Below are positions 51,977 to 64,000 of a stretch of DNA of 64,000 nt, piece by piece. The stretch spans positions 84,258,001 through 84,322,000 of the forward strand of contig OX597817.1 of the NCBI GenBank assembly GCA_951406725.2. The letters are read 5' to 3'. The position numbers were made by a program, and so were the translations under genes. How positions within the stretch are numbered: position 1 is the stretch's first letter; every line of letters begins with the position of its first letter. Under the pieces are notes generated by a model that was given only the letters and a program-made list of their open reading frames with translations, searched no databases and was not told the origin of the DNA. Source of the stretch: Octopus vulgaris. Taxonomy: Eukaryota.

Positions 51977-54898
51977 GGGTGTGTGTGATTGTGCATAGAA
52001 GAATATATTAATAAAAGGAATTCCAACCTTGTCTGATTTTCACGTTTTATCTACAATCTTATAATGATATGATATAAGATAAAATAATAGAATAAAATAA
52101 AATAGTAGAATGCTAAATGTTCATTCTGATTGAACTAGTACTTTCATGCATTAAATTCTGCAATCTTCAGGTTCATGTAGTAGTGGTGACAGTCATGCTT
52201 CAGAATTTTTTACTGTAGCGAGATGGTTAAACTGTGCCTTAAATACACCTGTGTGGGCTCCAGATTGCTAGGTTTTGCAAACTGTATTCTGATCAATCAG
52301 TGTGTAGCATCACTCAATTACGTAAGCTGATTGGTTGGTTTGGACGTCACGCTTTGTTGAACATGTCAAGAGTCCTGTATCTTAACCCTGGCCGAGGCAG
52401 CAATTGTTGGGCTATTTTTAGAAATGTTGTAAATAGCCTTTGTCAGGGATTTTTATATTTCAATTGTCATCATCATTGTCAGTACCTTAATTATTGTTGC
52501 TAGTGGTGGTTGTGGTGGCAATAGAACTTTTAAGCCTAAATAAGATAATTTTCCTGCTATCTTCATCTTGATCACCTCTAGTATTGTTGTTGTTAGTGGT
52601 CATGGTCGTAGCAGTAGAAGTAGCACCTCTAAGTATTATTATTATTGCTTATTTAGCTTGGGTTCGAATTTATCAATAAAATTCTTTTCTCTGATTTTCC
52701 TCTCGATTTCACTTGGGCTGTGTAATTTGTAGAATGGAAATGTTGCTAGGTGGTTACTCAAAGGTATCTGACGGACCTCTGGGTCTCTAATCTTTTGTCG
52801 GTGTACACGTGAGCGTTCTGATAGTGCATTTCCCGTCTGACCTACATATATTTCTTCACAATTTGGGCATTTGATGCAGTAAATTAAATTTCTGCTTTTG
52901 CAGTTCATATTCGCGTTTGTGAATATTTTCCCGGTTTTTGTGTTTATATATTGGCCGGTATGTATGAATTGACATGTGCCACAACGGCTATCATTGCATT
53001 TAGATACAGTGAATGTTTGGTCTTTGTTGCTAAGGTCAAATTTTGCCTTTGTTAGTAACTTTTTCAAGTTTTTAGGCTGTCTTTTACTAATAACCATAGC
53101 TCGATCCGTGATTATATATTTTAATTCATTACTTTGAGCAATGATTTGTAGGTTTGATTTGGCAATGTTGAAGATATTCTGGTGACATGGGTTGTGTGTC
53201 ACTATGAATGGTATTACTTGTTCTTGTTTTCCTCTTCCTTGGGTTGTCCTAAGTTGTTGTATGGGTATTTTTATAGTCCGCTGTATGCCATTTTCTATAA
53301 GTAGAGATGGGCATTTTTGTTTGAGCAAACATTCTCTTAGTTCTGTGAGGCGTTTGTTCCTGATATTTGCATCTTCTACAATGGTACAAATTCTTCTCGC
53401 TAGGCAGTATGGGATGTTGCGTTTTGTATGTGGTGAATGGTACGACTTAAAATTCAGGTATTTATGTGTGTCTGTGTGTTTATAGTATATATCTGTGGTG
53501 ATGGTGGTGTCCTTTTAAGTACAATTATATCCTGTGTAAATTGGAGAGATGAGTGTAGGTTGTTCAGGAGGATATTGAACTCTTCCAGAGTATTTAGAGA
53601 TTCTGTCCAGATTATGAAGCAGTCGTCAAGGTATCTCTTCCATGCCTTTTCAATATACTTTCTAAATCCAGTGCCATAGTTTACCTCCACCTCTTGGTAG
53701 AGTTGTTGTTCTAAGTATCCCATTACAGAGTTGGCGTAAACGGGAGCAAACCTTGTTCCCATCGCCGTGCCTCTAATTTGGATGTAATTCTTTCCATTGA
53801 AGAAGAATGTGTTGTTTTCTAGAATAAGTTTGACTGTGTCTAATATAAATGGCACTGTGAATCTGCTGGGAATCACTTCTCTATGTTTTTCTAACCAGTA
53901 TTTAATCGCCTTTATTCCTTGGTGTAGATGCTCACCACATCAAAGCTTAGTAAAACTGAATTTGTTTCTGTTGTTTTGGGAAGATGGGACAGGAAGTCGA
54001 TGTCATCCCTGATGAAACTGGGTATGTAAGTACATAGTGGTTTCAAAACAATGTCAATAAAATTGCTAAGACGGTGGGTAGGGCATGCTGGACCAGCTAT
54101 AATAGGTCTAAGTTTTAGGTCTTTTGGATGTAGTAATTTTATGTACTCACTTCCTTGTTCTTTTACTGCATGTTGTATATCTTTTGATTTATGTATTTTC
54201 GGTAAGCCGTAGAAGTTGCTGGGTTTTGGTTCGAAATTGGTGATGTAGTCTCTTTCATTATCGGTAAGTGAGTTGTAGTGTTTTGAAATCAGGTTGTTGA
54301 TCTTTTTCATTATGTGGTGGTCTATATTTGAGGGTATTTCACAGTAGAAGGTTGTGTCCTTCAGTTGGTCCTCAACAAAATCCTTATAGTATTCGGTATC
54401 CATAATAACAATTGCACCACCTTTATCTGCTTGTTTAATTATTATTGTTTGATCGTTTTGTATACGTTTACATGCAGACATCTCTGATTTGTTAATGTTT
54501 AGCCTAATATTGGTATTGCGTCTAAGGGGAAATTTAGACAGGATATCAATGTATTGGTCAAGGTAGTTATTTCTTCCTTTTGGTGGGGTGAAATTTGATT
54601 TATTCCTTACTAGGGATTCATCAATCTCATTACTTTTGTTAGCGAAGAATTCTACAAGTCGTAATTTTCGACAGAATTTTTGGATATCCTCCTTTAATTC
54701 TTGGTGGTTGGCTGTTGGTGTAGGTGTGAATTTCAGTCCTTTTGACAGAAGTTGGATTTCATCATTGTCAAGATCTCTTTTTGATAAATTAATTATTTTA
54801 GGATCTATACGTTCAGTTGTTTCGGGTATGTTTCCTCTTGGATTTTTTCTTTCTCCGGTGTTTGTTGTCCTGATGTAAAAAAATGGATTTGTTTCTGT
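51976..54898 (-). mobile_element. Neptune-type Penelope-like retroelement, near full length, frameshifted
   Basis: LLSKGLKFTPTP, ADKGGAIVIMD, FYGLPKIHK, LRPIIAG, FDVVSIYT, GTAMGTRFAP, RYLDD, CNDSRCGTC, NLIYCIKC..YVGQTG. (TA)n on both sides. Confidence 0.95.
52131..52175 (-). ncRNA. Minimal type I hammerhead in the PLE 3' pLTR, intact core
   Basis: TGAAC CTGAAGA T TGCA gaatttaa TGCA T GAAA GTAC TA GTTCA. Confidence 0.9.
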
Positions 54899-54908
54899 AT
54901 ATATATAT

Positions 54909-55029
54909 CACCGCTATCACCGTGACCGACCAGGCTATCAGATGTTGCTACACATCGCTGGTCACAATGCGCTTCTCATTATTTTAGCCTTCAAATGACG
55001 CTGCCCCGCTGGCTAAGCGAGCAGGCCAG
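54909..55029 (-). mobile_element. SINE family C, 3' fragment
   Basis: Matches 36083-36200. Confidence 0.8.
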
Positions 55030-55539
55030 CCGATGCTCGTCGCTGACCGGCGACTTTTCGGCGACAGTGGGCGACTTTTCGGGAGGTCCTGCGACCGCCG
55101 TGCGGCGCACTGTAGCAAAGCAGTCGACGCGGCAGCGTGCGGGTGCCGCGTCGCGCTCTGCGGAAACGGCGCGCGATTCGTTGCGTCGTGCTTGCTGAGG
55201 ACGAGATGCGTTAGCCCGTCTCCGTCGTTTAGCCGTGTCTGCGCTTTCGTGTATGTATGTATGTATGTATGTATGTATGTATGTATGTATGTATGAATGC
55301 ATGCATGTATATATGTATGTATGTATGTATGCATTTATATTATTACATACATACATATATACCTAATGAGTGAGGAAAAGGAAACATGGATTTAACAAGA
55401 ACTTTTATTCAACACAACGATCGTTTTGACTTTGTCTGCATCTTGTACTTTACAGGTAGTATATTATACAGCTAGTTTTGTTGCATTTTATCGACATACA
55501 ACTATACATATAGCATATGTATACATACATAGATACATT

Positions 55540-55571
<32 letters not shown>

Positions 55572-55656
55572 CACATACACACACACATAACGTGTCTGTC
55601 TGTGTCTGCGTCTGTGTGTGGCTATGCTCGAGGGGGGATTTTTTAATATGTATACG

Positions 55657-55688
<32 letters not shown>

Positions 55689-55710
55689 AAAAAGAGAGAG
55701 AGAGAGAGAG

Positions 55711-55818
<108 letters not shown>

Positions 55819-56302
55819 TTCAATTGTAAAAGCCGTCTCAATAGTTTCAAATATCTAAAGCATTTAAACAGCTCGAAATGCTCAAATCCTTGAACATATA
55901 TCAACAAAAATAATTTTACATCTTTACCGTCTGAAGTTCTAATTTGATTCGCTTAGAAAATGAAGAGAAAGGAACGTCTGTAAAGTGCTCAAATCAAATC
56001 ACAAGTTCAGGTACGATGTTATCAATCAATATACGTGATAATATTTGATCGATATTCTCAGCATCTGACCTGTTTGAAATCTTTGAGATCTCTTAGCTTT
56101 TTGAAACTAATAATTATAATGGATTGGCAAGATTTAAAAATTTGTATTTGTACATGTGTGTGTGCGTGTGCGTATGTGTATTATGTGTGCATGTGTAAAT
56201 ACAAACATACTCTCACACACATGTACATATATATGAATGGCGCGGTTTCTTTATGGTGTATATACAGGCATACATACATATACAGACACACATAGATAGA
56301 TG

Positions 56303-56419
<117 letters not shown>

Positions 56420-56489
56420 GTAACAAAGATGTACAGGTGTCAATTCATTACGGCCATTTCAAGCGACTCCTCTGACTGATTAAGTATTT

Positions 56490-56700
56490 CTACTATAGGC
56501 TCAAGGCCTGAAATTTGGGGGAGGGGACAGTAGATGTCATCGACCCCAGTGTTTCACTGGTACTTAATTTATCGACCTTGAATGGATGAAAGGTAAAGTA
56601 GACCTCAGCGGAATTTGAACTGAAAATGTTTCGGCAAATTCGACCTCGGCGGAATTTGAACTCAAGACTTACTAACGATTCTGCCAGTTCAACGCCTTTA
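56490..56700 (-). mobile_element. SINE family A with a short internal duplication
   Basis: gacctc.gcggaatttgaact occurs twice. Confidence 0.8.
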
Positions 56701-57621
56701 ACTGATTGTGGAAACAAGTGCTTTAACATATTCGTATCATCAACAGTTCAAATATTTACATTGATTTTGTTGCTTTATCTTTGGTAAAATGAGTTTAGAA
56801 AAATAGTCAATGTAGTGTCGAATCTACTAAAATTTAGAGATTAGTAGAGATCATAGTAGAGGGAGGAATAATAGAAAGTAGTGACCCAGTTACCTACACT
56901 TCGAAGACAATAGGGGGAATACAGTCTTCGATCATAAATAAATCTTTTGGGAGTTGTAGCTGTATTCCATACAAATGTGATAAATTAATATCATGACAAC
57001 CTACTAGACAAACTAAAAGAATAAGTATTATAAATTAGGAGTGGAAGATAAATACAGCAAATAAGGGAAGGTGTATAATACAACTTAGCATATTTATAAT
57101 GTAAAATCAAGATATAATTTTATTTATAGATTAAGGCTAGAAGGTACACTTAAAAGTTTTAATAAGGGTATACTTTAAGATATAAGAGAAATATTAAGAC
57201 TTTTTCATAAGTGTAGTGTATAGAATATCCTGGTAAAATAGTATATGATGAATGTATAACGGAAATATTTATAATATAAATAGATACTTATAGTATGCAA
57301 CTAAAATGTTATTAAACTCCTTCCCGTCAAATACGAGTGTATAAAGATAGGCTATAGTACGAAATGAGATCTAATATACAGGGTAAGTAAATTAGAGGTA
57401 TTAAGTTTATAAAGAAATACATTCAGATACAAGATTTAAATGAATTTAGTCCTATAATCTCATAATGAATATCATGTATAATTAAAGAATATAAAATAAA
57501 ATAAGATTACGGTATACAGAGAATTTTACGAAAAAAGTATAACTTGTCACAAATTTATAAGCTATAAAAACTATAAAAATATATAAAAGATACATAAAGG
57601 CATAACATTATAAAAATAATA

Positions 57622-58172
57622 TTGGGTTGTCCGGAAAGTTCGTGCCGGCTTATAGTAGCTTAACTTTCGACTTATTTTAGAACATGGTTGAGTCCATAAA
57701 ATAGGATTTGACTACACATCCATTTAGAGCACAGTTTAAGCTATCTTTTCGTGGAGGAAGGTTTATGTTAACCTATGTTAATTCTGTAACCCTTTAAAAT
57801 GGAAGTTCATTTCGGCACTGGATGCTTTGGGATCTAGACAAAAATTGCAGCAGCTCGGCTGGGATGTGTTACCCCACACTCCATATTCACCACACATTGC
57901 TCCTTCGGATTTCCACTTATTCAGGTCTCTGCAGAATCGCCTTAATGGTAAAAATTTCAATTCCTTGGATGATGTAAAAAGATACCTTGATGAATTATTT
58001 GCTATGAAACCACCTCAATTCTGGGAAGAGGGTATTTTCAAGTTAAAGGAAAGATGGAGACGCATTGTGCAACAAAATGGTTCATATTTGGTTGATTAAA
58101 AATGTAATAGCAAGTATTTATTGGCCTTTTTCTTTCCTTTAAAAATCAGCACGAACTTTCTGGACAACCCAA
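57622..58172 (+). mobile_element. Internally deleted mariner
   Basis: TIR ttgggttgtccggaaagttcgtgc / gcacgaactttctggacaacccaa, TA on both sides. LGWDVLPHTPYSPHIAPSDFHLF. Confidence 0.92.
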
Positions 58173-58219
58173 TATATAAGAATTTATAAACCATAATGCG
58201 TAATTAAAATAAATATATA

Positions 58220-58432
58220 CAGTAATTCCTCGTCATATCGCGGTTCACCTATCGCGGTTTATTATTTAAGCTTACGCCGATTCCCCTGTGGTGTTGTTTT
58301 ACACTTATAATAAAATAAATATTTACAAATTAGAAAAATTAATTTTAAAAATATACTGTATAGTACTGTTTCTACTTCGCGGATTTGTGGGGGTTTTGGA
58401 ACGTAACGCCCGCGATAGTCGAGAGATTACTG
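58220..58432. mobile_element. pogo/Tigger-like MITE
   Basis: TA|CAGTAATtcctcg..atcgcgg / ccgcgat..cgagagATTACTG|TA. Confidence 0.75.
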
Positions 58433-59199
58433 TAATAGTATAAGCTCTAAAAATCATGAAAAATATATGAAAGGTTATATAAATGCATAAAATATAAAAG
58501 TATAAGATATGAAAAAAAATTATAGAATATAAGAAAAATATTTTTAAAAATTTTTATACGAATGTATAAAAAGATTATATAAAAAGGTAAAAAAAGATAT
58601 ATGGAAGGATATAATGCGAAATAAAATAAAACAAAAAGATTTCTTTATAATGGTAGTGGTACACAGGAAAAGCTATAATCGGAATATTATTAATAATGCA
58701 AGATAAAAGTAAAATATAAGTATACCAAGTTTTAATAGAGACAAAATTTCCTTTGAAAATGAGCTTATAAGATTAGATATATCTGATAAGTACATCAAGG
58801 AAAATGATCGAGGTAGAATAGTGATAGATCTTAAAGGGTATATTTTATATTTAGAGGGAGTGCGAATTTTAATACTCTATTAAAAAAATAAATATATTAT
58901 ATATCAACCATGATAGAAGAGATTTACCACTGGGAAGGGGTAAATACATATTGTAATTATTAAAAGTTTATAGATCAGGGGGACTTCTATCAGAGGGATA
59001 ATGCTAGAATGCATTATTGAATAGGTTTCGACATCACAGAAGGTAGGCTCTGAGTAATATGGCATCCCAAATAACTTATGTCACCAAAAATACAGTATGA
59101 TATAATTATTAATTACTTGCTTCTAAAGTATTTAAAGGTACGGGTAATTCTATGAACTCATGACACCCTAAGATATAATTTATTATTAATTTGGCTGTG

Positions 59200-59945
59200 T
59201 TAATCTTTATATTTGAATATTTCACAGATCTCCATACAACATAGTCCTCACCCATACCGGCTGTTTGCATAAAAGTTGAGCTCTACGCACTGTATCCCAC
59301 TTTAGATCCAATTTAATATTATCCCTGAGTTCCCAGATTTTCGGAGATAATGAGGTACTGCTGGCTTTATGCCTAAACCTAAAGAACGAAAGATGGTTAT
59401 TCAGGCGGTTTTTCTTCTTTTTCTTTCATATTTACTGAGCACACGATATAAATGAAATTATTAATTTCTGTCAGTACTGTACATTTCTATATAACATTTC
59501 CTGCTAAATAGTGACCTAATGGCGGGCAGTGGGATCGTTTTCTACAATTGCAACTGCGATTATTATTATTAGTTTTTCTAATCCTTTTATTCATGTTTAT
59601 AGTGCCATCATTCGGGTTACTGTTCAAATTCATAGAAGTATTATCACGTGTTATGTCACTATAACTCGAGTTATTATAATTGGTTTTATTACTTATATTT
59701 ATGTTGACCCTACTATCCTGGATTGTATCGTTAGATATTATGCAACCAACGTATAATGATTGCATGAAGGATACCTGGGGTATTATCTGTGGATTATTGT
59801 ACTTACGGTTATTGGAATTGTTACTAATTGTTAACCTAATACCTTTATGATTATCACCTGATATTGTTTGGGTGTGCAAATTAAATCGACCTAACAAGGC
59901 GTCACAATTTAAGTACCTAATTCAAACGAATCTTAATATTTTATA
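59200..59945 (-). mobile_element. Naiad-type PLE fragment (Asn-rich linker, Cys motif, GIY-YIG)
   Basis: SCNCRKRSHCP..GNVI*KCTV..FIYI, then RLNNH..SSTSLS.KIWELRD. Confidence 0.75.
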
Positions 59946-59948
59946 TTA

Positions 59949-61241
59949 TCAGGTCATCCCATAAGTTCTGTCCGATTTTATCATTTTTAAAATTGAATGA
60001 AATTTAATACTATTTTAGAATCTCTAATGGAATTAAAAATTATTTTTATGCATTTGTGTACATTCAAACTAATTAAATATTATTTTACAGAATAATAGAA
60101 TTAAAATTTCTTTGATTAAAACCCTTTCTAACATGGAAATATCCAAAGAGCATTTCAGAATTTCAGGCACATAATGTTTTATGAGTACAAAAGAGGAAAC
60201 TCTGCAGCCGAAGCGACTCGAAACATAAACCCAGTTTATGGGAAAGAATGCTTGAATGAAAGAACTTGTAGAAGATGGTTTGCAAAATTCAGAAGTGGAG
60301 ATTTCATCCTTGAAGATGAAGATCGAACAGGACGTCCAGTTGAGTTTGATGATAAGCTCCTCGAGGCCTAACTTGAAGAAAGTCTTGCGTTATCAGTTTA
60401 AGAATTGGCAATAAAGCTTAGTTCAAACCATACAACTGTTCATCGTCATCTTCAACAACTTGGAAAGGTTCCTAAGCTTGGAAAATGGATGCCTCATGTA
60501 TTCTCCGAAAGCAACCGTAAATCCCAAGTTGATATCTGCTCTTCTCTCCATTCTCGCGAACTCATTTCACCCCCTTTTTGGATAGACTTGTGCCTGGTGA
60601 CGAAAAATGTATCTTCTATCGAAATGTTAAACGTCTTAAACAGTCGCTTGATAAAGGGGAAAAAGCTCAATCAGAACCGAGAAGGGAACTTTATGGGAAA
60701 AAGTTTCTTCTCTCTATCTGGTGGGATTGCAAAGGAGTAATTCACTTTGAATTGTTATCACCTAATGCAACAATCAATGCTCAAGTCTACTGTCAGCAAT
60801 TAGAGCGTTTGAACCAAGCTTTGAAGAAAAACAGACCCGCTTTAGTGAATCGAAAAGGAGTGATGTTTCATCAGAACAATGAGCGACCCCAAACTGCAAA
60901 GATCACAACACAGAAGATCAAAGAGTTGGTTGGGGAAAAAATCCTCATCCACCTTATTCTCCCGAACTTGCTCCTTCAGACTACCATTTGTTTCGTAGTT
61001 TACAGAATCATTTGAGGGACATAACTTTCGCAAGCCAGGAGGAGGTCGAAACTGACATTTGAGAGTTCTTCGCTTTGAAACTAAAGGAGTTTTACATTGA
61101 TGGGATTTAAAAGCGTGTAAATAGATGGAAAGAAGTCATAGATAATCCCGGAAAGTACATTGATGATTAAATTTCAATTAAATATAACATTTAATCACTT
61201 GTTTTCTTTATTCAAAATTCGAACAGAACTTATGGGATGAC

Positions 61242-61245
<4 letters not shown>
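59949..61245 (+). mobile_element. mariner transposon, full length, pseudogenised (same family as 44282-45559)
   Basis: TA|tcaggtcatcccataagttctg..cagaacttatgggatgacctga|TA, plus transposase fragments. Confidence 0.95.
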
Positions 61246-61305
<60 letters not shown>

Positions 61306-61308
<3 letters not shown>

Positions 61309-61523
61309 GGTCGGATTTATAGGTGGCAAAGAGTGCGATTGCCCCGGGTTACCCTCAGTAATGTTGATGAGCGGCACTGCTACGAAGAGTATGTACCACT
61401 CAATACAGAGAGGGCCCCACCTCCCAATAATCTTGCATGAAGGTATCAAACATATCCCGAAATCTTAAAAAATTATCTTTTAAGATAAAGAATCGTAGAT
61501 TTTTCCACATTACCGACGCCCTG
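61306..61523. mobile_element. hAT-like MITE (a related end lies at 46932-47000)
   Basis: cagggtcggattta..acgccctg termini. No target-site duplication visible. Confidence 0.45.
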
Positions 61524-61559
61524 CTTTGGGGGCGACGACAGAGAAAGTAAAAACAACAA

Positions 61560-61672
61560 ATATATGTATGTCACTTCTATTTTTTAATTACTATACATTT
61601 TCCACTGATGAGGAAGCCGGTTTCCAACAAAGATACAAGGTTCCATCTTTGGGATCTAGTTAACATCCCAAT
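61560..61672 (-). mobile_element. 3' UTR-only fragment of the R4-type family
   Basis: gaagccggtttccaacaaagatacaa matches 31774-31802. Confidence 0.65.
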
Positions 61673-62825
61673 GTATGTATGTATGTATGTATGTATGTAT
61701 GTATGTATGTATGTATGTATCTATGAGTCTGTTTGAGTGTGTGTTTAAGTATGAATGTATATAAGTATATAAAGATAAAGAGTAAGAAAACAGTTACTGT
61801 CTCTAGTTCAAATTCCTTCTTTCAACGCATGACCTTGGCTTAACCACTAACAAGTAAAGGCACACATTCTCGCACGTGTGCGCGCGCACACACAAACACA
61901 GATATGCACGCACATATATTGTCACTTCTAAACTTTCAGTGAGGCATTACAAATTTTGGTCTTATTTTACGAAAGAAACAGTAAGGAACAAGTTCTAAAA
62001 TTTAAACCTTGAATTTAGTATATGATTCGGCTTATTGCGTATATGTTCAAATGCCTTTCATTAAATCGAACTTTTTCCTTTCTCCCCTTTTCTGTATTTT
62101 TACTCACAGTAATATTTAATTTCAGTTTCAAAACAAAGGGAAAAAATCTAGAATAGGATAAAATGAGCAATGACTAATTACTCATTATTAGTCATCTCTT
62201 GAACGTTTTGGTGCATAAATATATCAGGAAGAGAGCCACTCCAGCATATTGTGAAGAAACTATAGAATAAATTATTTCATGTTGAGTTTTTAAATTTAGT
62301 CGAGTTTCGTTAATTTCATGTCATGTGTCGTTGTTCCATGATCTTTCATTTGACCTGGATATTTAAAATTTTGTTGATTTTCTAATCTTACTGATGTCTA
62401 AAAAAGGGTATATTAATGTGTGTGAATCTCTTCTCAAATGTAATTCTGGAGAAGTGAAGAGGTAAATTTACCATAACTTCTTACTCATTTTGCCCCATCT
62501 AAATTTGTCTTTTATGCTCAAAGAGAACTGAGATTATTTTCCGATATTGTGTTCGGAATATGTCATAGTGTTTTTAATACATTTTGAGAAGGTCATTTGC
62601 ATAGCGGATAAAGTTTTTGTAGGGTAGTGAACATTTGTCAAAAAATATATTCCTACTTGAAACTGGAAAAACGAACCTTCGGAATAACTGTCCCATATTG
62701 GAATTTCCACGTTTTCGTCGGGATTTTCCGTTTTTTTCTTCTTTTTTATGTATTTCAAAACAACGATAGAAAACCCTTTTAAAATAAGAATTTTAAAAAT
62801 CCATATCCTCTTTCTCTTACACACA

Positions 62826-62859
<34 letters not shown>

Positions 62860-63284
62860 TGCACACACACGCACACATACACACGTACACACACACACAC
62901 ACACACCCTCATCGTGCCTTTGGAACAGCAACAACCACTAAACATTTTTTTTTTCTTTTTCGTAATTTTCTGTCATTTAATCGCATTCCGCATTCTGAAA
63001 CATTTGAAATTCAAATTTTTTTTTTAATTTTCGCCCTCTCGCCTTGGATGTGGGAAGAATGAAATTAGAATTTTGAAAAGTGTATCTATAAAGGAACATT
63101 TTCAGTTGTTTACTTCAATTACATGCAAAAGACGGGTTTTGAGATTTATATTCGGTTATTTTCCTAGATTTTAATTCTTGTGTATGATGGGTTCCCCGAA
63201 TTTGAAGTTCCCCAGAACCCCCATGGTTTCGATCCAGTCCCATATGCGTGTATGTGTGTGCGTGTGTGTATATGTGAGTGTATT

Positions 63285-63638
63285 CTTTTACTTGTTTCAG
63301 TCATTTGACTGCGGCCATGCTGGAGCAACGCCTTTAGTCGAACAAATTGGCTCCAGGACTTATTCTTTGTAAGCCTAGCGCTTATTATATCGCTCTCTCT
63401 CTCTCTTACCGAACCGCTAAGTTACGAGGACGTAAACACACCAACATCGGCTGTCAAGTGATGGTGGGGGACAAGCACAAACACACATACACACAAATCT
63501 ATACATACGACGGACTTCTTTCAGTTTCCGTCTACCAAATCCACTTACAAGACTTTTGTCGGCCCGAGGCTATAGTAGACACTTACCCAAGGTGCCACGC
63601 AGTGGTTGGTAAGCAAGCTTTTTACCACATGGCCACGC

Positions 63639-63640
<2 letters not shown>
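63285..63640 (-). mobile_element. SINE family B, complete (tRNA head, internal simple repeat, tail)
   Basis: Both halves, seen separately elsewhere in the window, are contiguous here. Confidence 0.88.
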
Positions 63641-63694
<54 letters not shown>

Positions 63695-63766
63695 TATGCG
63701 CATACACACACGAGTGAGTAGACAAACGAAAAAGGGCACTCAACACATTTATTGAGTGTTACATGT

Positions 63767-63869
<103 letters not shown>

Positions 63870-64000
63870 TGAATATGATAGATCATGAATATATTGCCAC
63901 AGAAACAGCGAAGACATATCAACTTATGAATCAGTGATACATTTTCCCAATTTGATTGATACGTCTTCACTGTTCCAGTGGCAATTTAATCGTCTTAGGT

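Noticed and set aside
55405-55460. AACGATCGTT palindrome resembling a stem III
   Set aside because: No GAAA or CUGANGA core.
56895-56940. gaagac/gtcttc hairpin in the putative Naiad 3' region, and a similar weak case at 59020-59070
   Set aside because: The core nucleotides are too degenerate to call a ribozyme.
61606-61630. CTGATGA followed by a hairpin on the plus strand
   Set aside because: There is no GAAA, stem III or stem I. It is the antisense of a LINE 3' UTR.

Overview
AT-rich eukaryotic (animal) DNA made almost entirely of repeats. The SINE families and microsatellite load suggest an octopod cephalopod (inference). I found no convincing host-gene exon. Most ORFs in the supplied track are translations of (TA)n, (TACA)n, (GATA)n, (CA)n or (AAT)n tracts. 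The real coding remnants are decayed transposons: Penelope-like elements (PLEs; Naiad-type at 349-3451, 17040-17885 and 59200-59945, Neptune-type at 51030-51832 and 51976-54898), R4/Dong-type RLE LINEs, RTE and CR1-like LINEs, mariners, an intron-containing THAP-DDE (ISL2EU/Harbinger-type) transposase, non-autonomous Helitrons, MITEs and at least four tRNA-derived SINE families. The main non-coding signal is a dense set of hammerhead ribozyme (HHR) motifs, mostly near (TA)n-abutting element ends. There are 13 type I motifs, intact or decayed, most with palindromic minimal stem III. Two further motifs (35547-35607 and 42878-42943, minus strand) are unrelated in sequence but carry the hammerhead core strands in the same non-circularly permuted, pseudoknotted order. 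All structures were read by eye; none has been folded computationally or tested.
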